DNA of 64,000 nt from positions 292-64,291 of the forward strand of contig CAZBSE010000001.1 of the NCBI GenBank assembly GCA_964494385.1, in the 5' to 3' direction. Below the pieces are notes generated by a model. The model had not been told where the DNA came from. It ran no database searches and was given only the letters and a program-made list of their open reading frames with translations. The translations under genes and the position numbers were made by a program. Shown here one piece after another: positions 7,797 through 17,294 of this stretch. The stretch comes from an uncultured Actinomycetota bacterium (GTDB taxonomy: Bacteria > Actinomycetota > Humimicrobiia > Humimicrobiales > Humimicrobiaceae). Within the stretch, counting starts at the first letter, position 1; every line of letters begins with the position of its first letter.

Positions 7797-8942
7797 TTAA
7801 TATGTTAATCTTCCAGTATCCTGTATCATAGCTACCCAGGTCGATCCCCTGTTGAATAGTATGATTTCCCCATTACTGTTCCTGTAAATAAAAGGATCAA
7901 AAGCAGACGTTCTCTCCCAGGTCCCTTCTTTTACTGTTCCATCCATAAAGTAAAATGCTTTTCCAATGTCACTGGTTCCGGTTGTTCTAACTGCCATATG
8001 ATTGGACTCGTCTATCGGCCCTTCGATATCCGTAATCATAACAATTACATTATTTACCGAGATCTGCTCTCCTGTCTCATAATCAGTATGAGGGAGGCCT
8101 GCCTGGTATTTGTAATAAACATTTTCTTCTTTATTATATTCAAAATTAGCTTCATAAGCACTTTGATCCGAAAAATTAATGGCTATATCATCTATACTGC
8201 CTCTATCAGCTTCAGCTGCATCTATTTTAAACCTCAGAGGAGATTGTCCGCCTTCCAGGGAATATTCATTAACTAGCGCATCTTCTTTTAATTTTATAGT
8301 AGACATGAAAGCAGTATGTTCGGTAATATTACTTCTGTTGTAATCTCTCCATCCCGAATTGGTACTTGCAACATAACCCATTTGATTTCCATCCAGAACA
8401 TCCATATCCAGTTTTTTTATTACATCAAAACATTCTACATATGTGCCCCAAAAAACATATACCGGATCAAACCCTCTGGCTATCTCTGCATAATAAATTC
8501 TGGCACTTCTGACCGGGCCGACAATTTCTGCTTCATAAGAAGAATATATAACTACATATCTGGTGACGCCGTATTCATCAACTACTTCAAATATGATATC
8601 AGCATAAATAAGTCCTGACTGCGGTCTAGCGTCAGGAGTATTTTCAACCATTATTGCAATGGGCCTGCTGCTTTTTACCGTATCGGAAATTTCAAGACCG
8701 CTTAATATATTTATATTACCGGTTATTTCCGTGCCTGCCACTGCATCCTCTCCGGTCCCATCTTCTGTTTCGGCTGATTCTTCCAGCTCTTCGCCTTCTG
8801 TACCCTCCTCCTGCTCGGTGACAGAAATTTCTTCAGACGACTCATCTGCCTTACATCCGGAAAGTACGGATATAAAAATAAGCGGCAGTATTAAAAACAT
8901 AAATAAAAAACTTTTAATTAATATCTTTATACGATGATCCAA
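7797..8942 (-). CDS. DUF3048-domain lipoprotein (YerB-like)
   Basis: Matching segments: RPIAIMVENTPDARPQSGLIYADIIFE and VGPVRSARIYY. I place the start at TTG 8942, 9 nt after GGAGG. That gives the signal peptide MDHRIKILIKSFLFMFLILPLIFISVLSGC and removes the overlap with dac. The track ORF runs to 8999. Confidence 0.75.
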   Translation of the reverse strand: MDHRIKILIKSFLFMFLILPLIFISVLSGCKADESSEEISVTEQEEGTEGEELEESAETEDGTGEDAVAGTEITGNINILSGLEISDTVKSSRPIAIMVENTPDARPQSGLIYADIIFEVVDEYGVTRYVVIYSSYEAEIVGPVRSARIYYAEIARGFDPVYVFWGTYVECFDVIKKLDMDVLDGNQMGYVASTNSGWRDYNRSNITEHTAFMSTIKLKEDALVNEYSLEGGQSPLRFKIDAAEADRGSIDDIAINFSDQSAYEANFEYNKEENVYYKYQAGLPHTDYETGEQISVNNVIVMITDIEGPIDESNHMAVRTTGTSDIGKAFYFMDGTVKEGTWERTSAFDPFIYRNSNGEIILFNRGSTWVAMIQDTGRLTY

Positions 8943-8964
8943 TTTTAAATACCTCCATTTTGAA

Positions 8965-10257
8965 TTATAATTTTTTCTTGGTAAATAAATTTTTAACAAT
9001 TATAAATATAATTATTAAAAAGTAAAATACCAATAAAATTATTATTATTAACCTTGTCTTATTATCATTAGAAGAAGATAATTCCTGGTAAACATATATA
9101 TCGCCAATGCTTTCTTTTGAAATTAAATTTATTTCATTTATCTTCTCGCCATCTATAAAAATATCCATTGTACCCAGTACTTCTTTATTTTCAATAGGCA
9201 ACTCTATATCTTTTTTTATCTTATTTTTTATCTGCAAATTACTGCTGTTTACGTTAATGAGCCTTATCTGGCCGGCCTCAGGATACAAATTTACATCAAG
9301 TATATTTTGTTTTCCTACGGTCGTGACAGCTGCTATATTATCCGAATTAACAATTTCTATGTATTTTAAATTGTCATATGCCCAGTTTAGAAGATTCAAT
9401 ACATCTTTTTCCCTATTTTCCATTGATGAACTATTTAAAACTACTGTTATAAGCTTCAGATCATTCTTTTCAGAGTAGACAGCCATACAAGAACCGGCGT
9501 TATTGGTATTGCCTGTTTTTATACCCTTAATATATCCATATGCAAGAAGTTCATTTGTATTCTCAATTTCTACCTCTTTTTCATTTACCATAATAGTATC
9601 TTTTCTCGTGCTTACTATCTCTCTGAATAATTCGTTTTTCATACAATAATCGGCAATTACGGCTATATCTATTGCCGTGGATTTGTGATTCGGAAACTCA
9701 TCATCCAATCCGTTTGTATTCTGGAAAAAAGAATTATCAGCGTCCAATTCCGCTGCTTTGTTATTCATAAGCTTCACAAAATCTTCAACATTTCCCGAAA
9801 CATATTCCGCCAGTGCTATGGTTGCATTATTATGAGAACATATAAGTGCAGCTTTAAGCAGGTCTTTCAGGCTTATGCTGTCCCCGGTATTGAATCTAAA
9901 TGAGGAATGATTTTTACCGGAAGCGTTTTTAGAAATCTCAATTATCTCATCGAAATTATCTATATTCTCAATGGCAATTATTGACGAGAGCATTTTTGTG
10001 GTACTTGCAGGATACATTGATTTTTCAGAATTTTTTTCCCATAAAACATTTTCTGTTTCATATTCCAGTATAACAGCAGATTCAGCTGTAATATCAATTT
10101 CATCGTCATAAGCTGTTTTATCATAATCACAGTATATTTTATGTTGATTTAAAAAGAAGAAACTAAAAGAAACTATAAAGAAAATAAGTAAATAACTTAA
10201 TTTACGGTAATTTTTTGAACTTTTATTAATTGAATCCGAAATACCACCATTTGTCAT
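8965..10257 (-). CDS. D-alanyl-D-alanine carboxypeptidase (class C low-MW PBP, PBP5-like)
   Basis: SxxK (ASTTK), SxN (SHNN) and KTG (KTGNT) motifs. N-terminal signal sequence and C-terminal TM anchor. Confidence 0.85.
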   Translation of the reverse strand: MTNGGISDSINKSSKNYRKLSYLLIFFIVSFSFFFLNQHKIYCDYDKTAYDDEIDITAESAVILEYETENVLWEKNSEKSMYPASTTKMLSSIIAIENIDNFDEIIEISKNASGKNHSSFRFNTGDSISLKDLLKAALICSHNNATIALAEYVSGNVEDFVKLMNNKAAELDADNSFFQNTNGLDDEFPNHKSTAIDIAVIADYCMKNELFREIVSTRKDTIMVNEKEVEIENTNELLAYGYIKGIKTGNTNNAGSCMAVYSEKNDLKLITVVLNSSSMENREKDVLNLLNWAYDNLKYIEIVNSDNIAAVTTVGKQNILDVNLYPEAGQIRLINVNSSNLQIKNKIKKDIELPIENKEVLGTMDIFIDGEKINEINLISKESIGDIYVYQELSSSNDNKTRLIIIILLVFYFLIIIFIIVKNLFTKKKL

Positions 10258-10979
10258 TTATATTTTTCCATAAACTTTCTATTTTCCTTTTTTATCAATA
10301 ATTCCTGGAAGTCGCAGAGCATTCTTTCTAATTTATTTAATGTCCTGGATGCTTTGTTTTGAAATTCTTTTTTCCCTGACATAAGAAGCGGAAATACTAC
10401 CTGCTGTATAAATGAAGAATTACGGTTTGCAAAATTCTCAAATATTTTCAAGTGTTTTACCTGTATTCCATATTTTGATAACTCACTTACAATCTTTAAT
10501 ATTTCAAAATCACCTGCATTTATCATATATTTATTATTCTCTTTCTTGCAGTCAACTATTCCGTTCTTAAATAAGTCATTTATTAAAGATGGTGATAATT
10601 TAAATTTTTTTTTCATATCTCCCAGTGAAAATGTTTTTAATTTATAATCAGGTTTAAATTCTTCACTTAATTTTAATTGTATGGATTCTGAAGATTTATC
10701 TTCGCTGATAAATTTCTTAAATTCATTTGACTTAATTTTTTGTTTTATAACTGTTAACGGAAGGTAAAGGTCCTTCTGCATTTTTAATATAAATTTTAAT
10801 TTTTCAATGTCTTCTTTATAGTAAATTCTATACTTATTAATTGACCTTCCAGGCATAATAAGACCTTCGGATTCAAGAAACCTTAACTTGCTATTGGTTA
10901 AGCTAGGATATATTTTTTTTAATTCTTTAACTGCTTTTCCTATGGTAAGATATTTTTTTGATTGGTGTTTTTTATCCAT
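10254..10979 (-). CDS. MerR-family regulator (FtsR/Rv1828-like architecture)
   Basis: 241 aa. N-terminal MerR HTH (LTIGKAVKEL...LRFLESEGLIMPGRSINKYRIYYKEDIEKLKFI) plus a long C-terminal domain. ATGA overlap with dac. Confidence 0.75.
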   Translation of the reverse strand: MDKKHQSKKYLTIGKAVKELKKIYPSLTNSKLRFLESEGLIMPGRSINKYRIYYKEDIEKLKFILKMQKDLYLPLTVIKQKIKSNEFKKFISEDKSSESIQLKLSEEFKPDYKLKTFSLGDMKKKFKLSPSLINDLFKNGIVDCKKENNKYMINAGDFEILKIVSELSKYGIQVKHLKIFENFANRNSSFIQQVVFPLLMSGKKEFQNKASRTLNKLERMLCDFQELLIKKENRKFMEKYK

Positions 10980-11393
10980 TTAAGAATTTTTAATATGATG
11001 AAAAAATAAAAATATATATTTACCTATCTGTATCTTATCCCCATTTTTTAATATCGAATTATCAACTATTTTTCCGTTTATATAACTTCCATTCAAACTG
11101 CCAGTATCTTTCAGATTAAAATTCTGCCCAACTTTTTTCAGTACCGCATGTTTTCTTGAAACTGTAATATCATCCAGAAAAATATCTGACTCCGGATTCC
11201 TGCCAATTGAAAATTTAGATTTATTGATTATAAATTTATCTCCTATATTAGGGCCCTTTATAATTACCAGTACACTTTTTTTCTCCTGTATTTTTTTTAT
11301 ATCTTCAAGAATACTGCCGGATATCTCTTCACTAAAATCAATTTTTTTGCCTTTTATTGACTCTGTCTGATTGTTGTTTGATTTAGGTTCCAT
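10980..11393 (-). CDS. FHA-domain protein (GarA/OdhI-like)
   Basis: 137 aa. FHA core FSIGRNPESDIFLDDITVSRKHAVL...GSLNGSYINGK. Confidence 0.85.
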   Translation of the reverse strand: MEPKSNNNQTESIKGKKIDFSEEISGSILEDIKKIQEKKSVLVIIKGPNIGDKFIINKSKFSIGRNPESDIFLDDITVSRKHAVLKKVGQNFNLKDTGSLNGSYINGKIVDNSILKNGDKIQIGKYIFLFFHHIKNS

Positions 11394-11437
11394 AGAATCC
11401 CCAATCCGCTTAATTCTTTAATTTTTAATATTTTAAT

Positions 11438-11515
11438 TGGTCGGGACGAGAGGATTTGAACCTCCGACCCCCAGTACCCCATACTGGTGCGCTAGCCAAA
11501 CTGCGCCACGTCCCG
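11438..11515 (-). tRNA. tRNA-Pro (anticodon GGG), CCA encoded
   Basis: Hand-folded cloverleaf: acceptor stem CGGGACG/CGTCCCG, anticodon stem CCAGT/ACTGG with loop AT-GGG-GT, T-arm GGAGG-TTCAAAT-CCTCT, 3' ACCA. Confidence 0.93.
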
Positions 11516-11565
11516 CCTCCTCTTTATATTCTAGGGTAATAAATATTATTAGTAAAGTTATCAGT

Positions 11566-12600
11566 TCAAGTTATATCTTCAATCTCAGATTTAAACTTTC
11601 GCGTCATAAGTTTATTAACGGATTCAAGCGGACTTAAATCCTTATATAAGATTTCATAGACACTTTCAGTTATCGGTAACTCAATATTCATTTTTCTTGA
11701 AATATTATAGACAGCTTTGGCTGTCATTATTCCTTCCGCCACCATATACATACTACTGATAATATCCTCTATTTTTTCACCTTTGGCCAGCCTTTCGCCG
11801 ACATTTCTGTTTCTGCTGTGTTTACTTATGCATGTTGCTACAAGATCTCCCATTCCTGCCACACCTGAAAATGTCCCGGGATTCGCACCCATCCTTATTC
11901 CAAATTTGGTAAGCTCATGTAAACCACGGGTAATCAAAGAAGCTTTTGTATTTGCACCATAACCTAATCCATCGGAAATTCCGGCTGCAATAGCGATAAT
12001 ATTTTTAACAGCGCCTCCGATTTCTACTCCTATTACATCTGTATTGGTATAAACCCTTAATTTATCGGTAGATAAGGCAGACTGTATATATCTTAGTATA
12101 TCTCTGTTATTTGATGCTGCCACTGATACGCTTGGTAGATTATTTGCAATTTCCAAAGCGATATTAGGACCCGATAATACACATATTCTGGAAATTAATT
12201 CTTGAGGTAAACATTTCTTTAAAACTTGTGATAATCTGAGATTACTTCCTATCTCAAATCCTTTAGCTACATTTATTATGCATTTTATATTTTTTTTATT
12301 CTTTTCCAATATTCTAAAAAATTTTTCTATTATCTTCCTTAATGCATGTGAAGGAACCGCAAAAATAACAATTTCTGAATTAGCAAAACCATTCGATGGA
12401 TTATTAAAAGGCACAACTCCGTCGGGGACAATTAAATCACCGGTATATTTAGTATTTCTTTTAAATCTTTTTATTTCCTCATAGGTACTTTTACTTCTTG
12501 TCCATAAATTAATATTGTGCCCTTTTTTAGCAAGAATTATTGCCAGAGTAGTCCCCCAGCTGCCTGCTCCTACTATGGTTATAGTTATTTCCCTTCTCAT
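11566..12600 (-). CDS. gpsA: NAD(P)H-dependent glycerol-3-phosphate dehydrogenase
   Basis: Rossmann motif IVGAGSWGT and full-length GpsA-like sequence. Confidence 0.92.
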   Translation of the reverse strand: MRREITITIVGAGSWGTTLAIILAKKGHNINLWTRSKSTYEEIKRFKRNTKYTGDLIVPDGVVPFNNPSNGFANSEIVIFAVPSHALRKIIEKFFRILEKNKKNIKCIINVAKGFEIGSNLRLSQVLKKCLPQELISRICVLSGPNIALEIANNLPSVSVAASNNRDILRYIQSALSTDKLRVYTNTDVIGVEIGGAVKNIIAIAAGISDGLGYGANTKASLITRGLHELTKFGIRMGANPGTFSGVAGMGDLVATCISKHSRNRNVGERLAKGEKIEDIISSMYMVAEGIMTAKAVYNISRKMNIELPITESVYEILYKDLSPLESVNKLMTRKFKSEIEDIT

Positions 12601-12618
12601 AAAATTATTATATATTAC

Positions 12619-13935
12619 TTAATATTTAAATTTTAGGTATATGGGCGTACCAATAAAACCAAATTTTTCTCTTATATTATTTTCAATATATTTTTTTATA
12701 TTAGATCTTCTTCCAGCATCCATATTAGAAAAAACCAGAAAAACAGGCGGCGATGTTTTCAATTGCCTTATGAATTTAACTTTAAATTTTTTTCTCTTAA
12801 CATAAATACCACCCTTATCCTTATCCAAATCTTTAAATAATCTGGTAATTTCACTTTCGCTTATTCTTTTATTTCTCTCTTTTATAAGTTTATCTATCAT
12901 TATTATAATATTTTTAATCCCCTTTTTAGTCAATGCGCTTACTTTAAGAAATGGAATATATTTTGCAAATTTAATCTTCTGATTGAATATGTCTATTGTA
13001 TCGGCAATAGCATCTTTATCTATTAAATCAATCTTGTTAAAGACGACGCATATGCCAGTACCCTTTTCTATGCATATTTCTATAATTTTTAAATCCTGTA
13101 AGGTTACTTCCCTGCTGATGTCTATGACAACCAGACTTATATCAGAATTTTCTATGGATCTTATGACCCTCAGCTGGCTATAATATTCCAGATTTTCTTT
13201 TTTACTCTTTTTTCTTTTCAATCCTGCAGTATCTATAAACCTATAACTTTTTTTATTTATATTTATTATACTGTCAATACTGTCCCTGGTGGTTCCCTCC
13301 AGCTGATCCACAATAGCCCTTTCCTGTTTAATGATGGCATTAAACAATGTTGATTTCCCTGCATTCGGCTTACCTAATATGCATATGCCCGGGATTATTT
13401 CCTCCTGGTATTCATCTATACCGGTAGACTCTTTTTTAAACCTTATAATTATTTCATCAAGAAGATCTCCTATATTTAAGCCGTGCGCAGCAGATATCTT
13501 TAAGGGATATCCGAACCCAAATTTTAAAAAATCTTCGATATAAAAATTTCCTTTCTCATCATCAAACTTGTTTCCCACAAAAATTATGCTCTTATCCGTT
13601 TTCCTTAGCATTGATACTATTTCCTCATCAAGCGGTGATACGGGTTCTCTCAGATCAACCATAAAAATTATGATATCTGATTCTTCAATAGCTTTTTTAG
13701 CCTGCAGGATAATCTGAATATTCATTTCATGTTTTAGTTTAAAATCTATCCCACCAGTATCTATAAGATGAAAAATCTTACCGTTCCAATCTGCTTCATA
13801 ATATTTGCGATCCCTGGTAATCATGGATTGACGGTCTACTATAGCTTCGAATTTCCCGCTTATTCTATTAATAAGAGTGGATTTTCCCACATTGGGCCTT
13901 CCGATAACAGCTATTTTAGGAATTTTATTTTTCAT
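12619..13935 (-). CDS. der: Ribosome-biogenesis GTPase Der (EngA)
   Basis: Two tandem G domains (GRPNVGKST and GKPNAGKST) plus a KH-like C-terminus. Confidence 0.93.
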   Translation of the reverse strand: MKNKIPKIAVIGRPNVGKSTLINRISGKFEAIVDRQSMITRDRKYYEADWNGKIFHLIDTGGIDFKLKHEMNIQIILQAKKAIEESDIIIFMVDLREPVSPLDEEIVSMLRKTDKSIIFVGNKFDDEKGNFYIEDFLKFGFGYPLKISAAHGLNIGDLLDEIIIRFKKESTGIDEYQEEIIPGICILGKPNAGKSTLFNAIIKQERAIVDQLEGTTRDSIDSIININKKSYRFIDTAGLKRKKSKKENLEYYSQLRVIRSIENSDISLVVIDISREVTLQDLKIIEICIEKGTGICVVFNKIDLIDKDAIADTIDIFNQKIKFAKYIPFLKVSALTKKGIKNIIIMIDKLIKERNKRISESEITRLFKDLDKDKGGIYVKRKKFKVKFIRQLKTSPPVFLVFSNMDAGRRSNIKKYIENNIREKFGFIGTPIYLKFKY

Positions 13936-13954
13936 ACCTGCCTGCTTCCCTAAA

Positions 13955-15076
13955 TCAAGATATGATTTCCTTCATAAAAATCGAACCTTCTTCGGATATT
14001 ATCTTTATATTACGACTTATATTTTTAATATCTTTTCTGGAATAGTTATCAATAGTAAAGTTATCCCTGTTAAAAATACTATCAGGAATTATTACTTTTT
14101 CATAACCATACATTGATTCCTTATTTAAACCTGACATTATATCTTTTCCAGTAAGAAGTCCGGTTGCCTTTATATTGCCTTTAAAGAAATTATTCTTTAT
14201 TTCCAATAACCTTATATTTGAGATTATTTCTTCACCTTTAGTACCCAGAATATTGACAATATCTCTTAAGGCAAAGCCTATGACTTTTTTCCCATATTCA
14301 GATGTAACTATCAATATATTTTTTTTATTATTCTTGATTTTTTCAGATGCACTTTCTTTATTTAAAAATATATTAATTTTTCTTAAAAATTCAGTGCTTT
14401 TACCTATTCCATTTTTAATCTGATAAAAATTTCTATAATATTTATATCCGGGAAATTCCATTCCTGCCATAATATAAAATTCATCGGAAAGATAGATTTT
14501 ATCAACACCTTTAAAATTCTTATATTCTTTCTTAAAAGTATTTACAGTATTTATAATTTCAAAAGAACTTTTAGCTTTGTAAGGTTTTAAATCATCATTT
14601 TTATTAAATATAGTTATCCCTACGGGGACCATGCCTATTGATATTATATTTCTAAAATCTTTCAGCAAAAGCAGCAGAGTGTCCGTTAAATCCTTTCCAT
14701 CGTTAATCCCCGGGCATAAAACAATTTGGATATTTGTTTTTATTTTATTAGTATCCAGAATTTTTAAATTTTCAACACCTTTAAAATTATTTTTATTTCC
14801 AAAAATTTTTAATCTGACATTCTCGTTAAGACTATGCAACGAAATATAAAGCGGTTCCAGCTTGCATTTTATTATCTTTTTTAAATCCTCATTTAATATA
14901 TTGGTAAGTGTTACAAAATTGCCGTACATGTATGAAAGCAGGTAATCATCGTCTTTTATATATAATGTAGGCCTTAGATTTTTAGGAAGCTGGTTTACAA
15001 AACAAAATATACAATTGTTATTACAGGTTCTGGTATCTTTTAAAAAATTAAATTTTCTCAATTTCTTCAATAACAC
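13955..15076 (-). CDS. DUF512 radical-SAM-like protein
   Basis: CNNNCIFCFV cluster followed by LRPTLYIKDDDY..SYMYGNFVTLTN, which is typical of DUF512 proteins found next to der. No N-terminal PDZ domain. Confidence 0.65.
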   Translation of the reverse strand: MLLKKLRKFNFLKDTRTCNNNCIFCFVNQLPKNLRPTLYIKDDDYLLSYMYGNFVTLTNILNEDLKKIIKCKLEPLYISLHSLNENVRLKIFGNKNNFKGVENLKILDTNKIKTNIQIVLCPGINDGKDLTDTLLLLLKDFRNIISIGMVPVGITIFNKNDDLKPYKAKSSFEIINTVNTFKKEYKNFKGVDKIYLSDEFYIMAGMEFPGYKYYRNFYQIKNGIGKSTEFLRKINIFLNKESASEKIKNNKKNILIVTSEYGKKVIGFALRDIVNILGTKGEEIISNIRLLEIKNNFFKGNIKATGLLTGKDIMSGLNKESMYGYEKVIIPDSIFNRDNFTIDNYSRKDIKNISRNIKIISEEGSIFMKEIIS

Positions 15077-15896
15077 CTATTATATCTCTTTCGGGAGTTG
15101 ACGCACCACCTATAATTCCTGCTTTAGTCTTGTTTTTAAACCATTCAGGCTTGAGTTCTCTATAGTTTTCAATATGATAGGTCAATTTATTATATTTTTC
15201 AGACATCTCTTTCAGATGTGTAGTATTTGCGCTATTTTTCCCCCCTACCACTATCATTATATCGACACTTTTTGAAAGTTTCCTGGTTGAATCCTGTCTT
15301 TTTTTAGTTGTGCTGCATATAGTATTATATATCAGTAATTTTCTTGTTTTTTCTAATAATTTGTTTTTAATAAGCTTTAATTTATCGATAGTTTGCGTAG
15401 TCTGGACTACAATTCCTATTTTTTCCATACTTTTTATATTATCTGCGTCAATTTCATTTTCCACCACAGTATATTCCCCATTCATTACATGGTCCTTTAT
15501 TCCAATTACTTCTGGATGATTTTTATTTCCTATAATCACCACGAAATATCCGTTTTTACTTAAATTTTCAGCTCTTGCCTGTGCTTTCTTCACAAAAGGG
15601 CATGTGGCGTCAATAATTACGGCATCTTTGGCTTTAATTTTTTTAATTAACCTTGGAGACATTCCATGAGATCTTATTATAAATATACTGTTTGGCTCTA
15701 TTTCTCCTAAATCCCTTATTGAAATCAAACCTTTACCGGCAAGACCCCTTGTTACTCCCGAATTGTGTATAATTGATCCAAGGGTATAAATTTTTACGTT
15801 TTTGCTCCTGTTTTCCTGCAGTATTTTTTCAGTTAAATTAAGCGCCCTTTTTACACCAAAACAATAACCCGAATATCTTGATTTCTTAATTTCCAT
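15048..15896 (-). CDS. ispH: 4-hydroxy-3-methylbut-2-enyl diphosphate reductase
   Basis: Matching segments: GFCFGVKRAL, ATCPFVKK, NTICSTTKKRQ, VVGGKNSANT. Confidence 0.92.
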   Translation of the reverse strand: MEIKKSRYSGYCFGVKRALNLTEKILQENRSKNVKIYTLGSIIHNSGVTRGLAGKGLISIRDLGEIEPNSIFIIRSHGMSPRLIKKIKAKDAVIIDATCPFVKKAQARAENLSKNGYFVVIIGNKNHPEVIGIKDHVMNGEYTVVENEIDADNIKSMEKIGIVVQTTQTIDKLKLIKNKLLEKTRKLLIYNTICSTTKKRQDSTRKLSKSVDIMIVVGGKNSANTTHLKEMSEKYNKLTYHIENYRELKPEWFKNKTKAGIIGGASTPERDIIGVIEEIEKI

Positions 15897-15916
15897 ATAT
15901 TATTATTCAAATTTTA

Positions 15917-16564
15917 TTATTTTATTTTGTTATATATTTTATCTATTTCCTTCATCGTTTTATCGACAATTATTTGTATAGATTCCTTTTTACCGTATTT
16001 TAGTAAAATTTCTTTAATTTCTATTACATCTCCTACAATTAACCTGACCTTAGGAAAAAATATTCTAATATGTGGTTTTTGTACTATTTTATTGGTTCCG
16101 CTTATGGCCACCGGGATTATAGGAGAATCACTGTATGCGGATAAAAATCCAATACCCTTTTTTCCTTTTCTTAAAATGCCGTCTGTGGATCTTGTTCCCT
16201 CAGGAAATACCCCCAATATGTTTCCGTCTTTTAGGATTCTAAACGATCTAGATATTGTTTTTCTGCTTAAAGAGTGTCTATCCACAGGGAATGCATTTAA
16301 AAATGTTACTAGAGAAGAAAGAAAACTACTTTTATACAATTCTTTTTTTGCCATAAAGTATATATATCTGGGAATATATGCCCCTATTATCACAGGATCC
16401 AGATAACTTATATGATTTGAACATAATAAAAAATTACCATTGTGAGGGACTTTATGAAAATCTATTCTTTCTACTCTGTATAGTAGATTAAATATGATCT
16501 TTAATGTTAATTGTATTAATCTAAATAAAAAATAATATGCTCTACCATGCTTTGTTTTTAGCAT
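15917..16564 (-). CDS. plsC: 1-acyl-sn-glycerol-3-phosphate acyltransferase
   Basis: NHxxxxD motif (SNHISYLDP) and FPEGTRS. Confidence 0.85.
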   Translation of the reverse strand: MLKTKHGRAYYFLFRLIQLTLKIIFNLLYRVERIDFHKVPHNGNFLLCSNHISYLDPVIIGAYIPRYIYFMAKKELYKSSFLSSLVTFLNAFPVDRHSLSRKTISRSFRILKDGNILGVFPEGTRSTDGILRKGKKGIGFLSAYSDSPIIPVAISGTNKIVQKPHIRIFFPKVRLIVGDVIEIKEILLKYGKKESIQIIVDKTMKEIDKIYNKIK

Positions 16565-17243
16565 TTGCCCTTTCGTAATATAATTTTTTTATTTTATCTA
16601 CAACTTCTTTTATGGACAAATCGGATGTATCAATCATGATTCCGTTTTCGGGTATAATTAGCGGACTGTCTTTTCTTCCGCTGTCAATCTTATCCCTGCT
16701 TATAATTTCTGCTCTAATTTTATCCTTTTCCATGAATTTGCCCTTACTTTTTATCTGTAAATCTCTTCTATCTATTCTTTCATCCAGGCTCGCAGTTAGA
16801 TATATTTTTAAAATCGCTTCAGGACAAACCACGCTGCCGGTATCCCTGCCTTCAAGAACAGCTTTGCCTTCCTTTATAAGGTCTTTCTGAAGACTTACCA
16901 GATATCTTCTAACCCCGGATAATTTTGAAATAATTGAAACCAAAGATCCGACTTCGTTGCTTCTTATTTCATTGGTTACATTTTTACCATTAATTTTTAC
17001 CGCTGTATATTTACTTTCGCTTACGGGATTATTGTCTAATGTAATTTTTGCCTTTCTGGCTATTTTTAATATAGTTTTTTCATCTCTATGATCTATATTA
17101 TTCTGCAGGACAAGAAACGTAATTGCCCTATACATAGCACCTGTATCGATATATTTAAAATTTAATTCTCTTGCAAGTATCTTAGAAATCGTACTCTTTC
17201 CGCTTCCCGCAGGACCGTCTATGGTTATGACTTTTTCAATCAT
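16542..17243 (-). CDS. cmk: Cytidylate kinase
   Basis: ITIDGPAGSGKST P-loop and full-length Cmk-like sequence. Confidence 0.92.
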   Translation of the reverse strand: MIEKVITIDGPAGSGKSTISKILARELNFKYIDTGAMYRAITFLVLQNNIDHRDEKTILKIARKAKITLDNNPVSESKYTAVKINGKNVTNEIRSNEVGSLVSIISKLSGVRRYLVSLQKDLIKEGKAVLEGRDTGSVVCPEAILKIYLTASLDERIDRRDLQIKSKGKFMEKDKIRAEIISRDKIDSGRKDSPLIIPENGIMIDTSDLSIKEVVDKIKKLYYERANAKNKAW

Positions 17244-17294
17244 GATTCATATTTCCAAGCATGTTTTATTTATACTCTCCCCTTGACCATTGGA

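Noticed and set aside
11438-11515. tRNA-Pro as an integration hotspot
   Set aside because: No integrase is present, there is no direct repeat of the tRNA 3' end, and there is no compositional break on either side.
15927-16406. 159-aa plus-strand ORF; the same applies to 28475-28912, 24550-24963, 60866-61303 and other plus-strand ORFs in the track
   Set aside because: All are antisense shadows of confidently identified minus-strand genes (plsC, MATE, tkt, pilC and others). Their products are hydrophobic or low-complexity.
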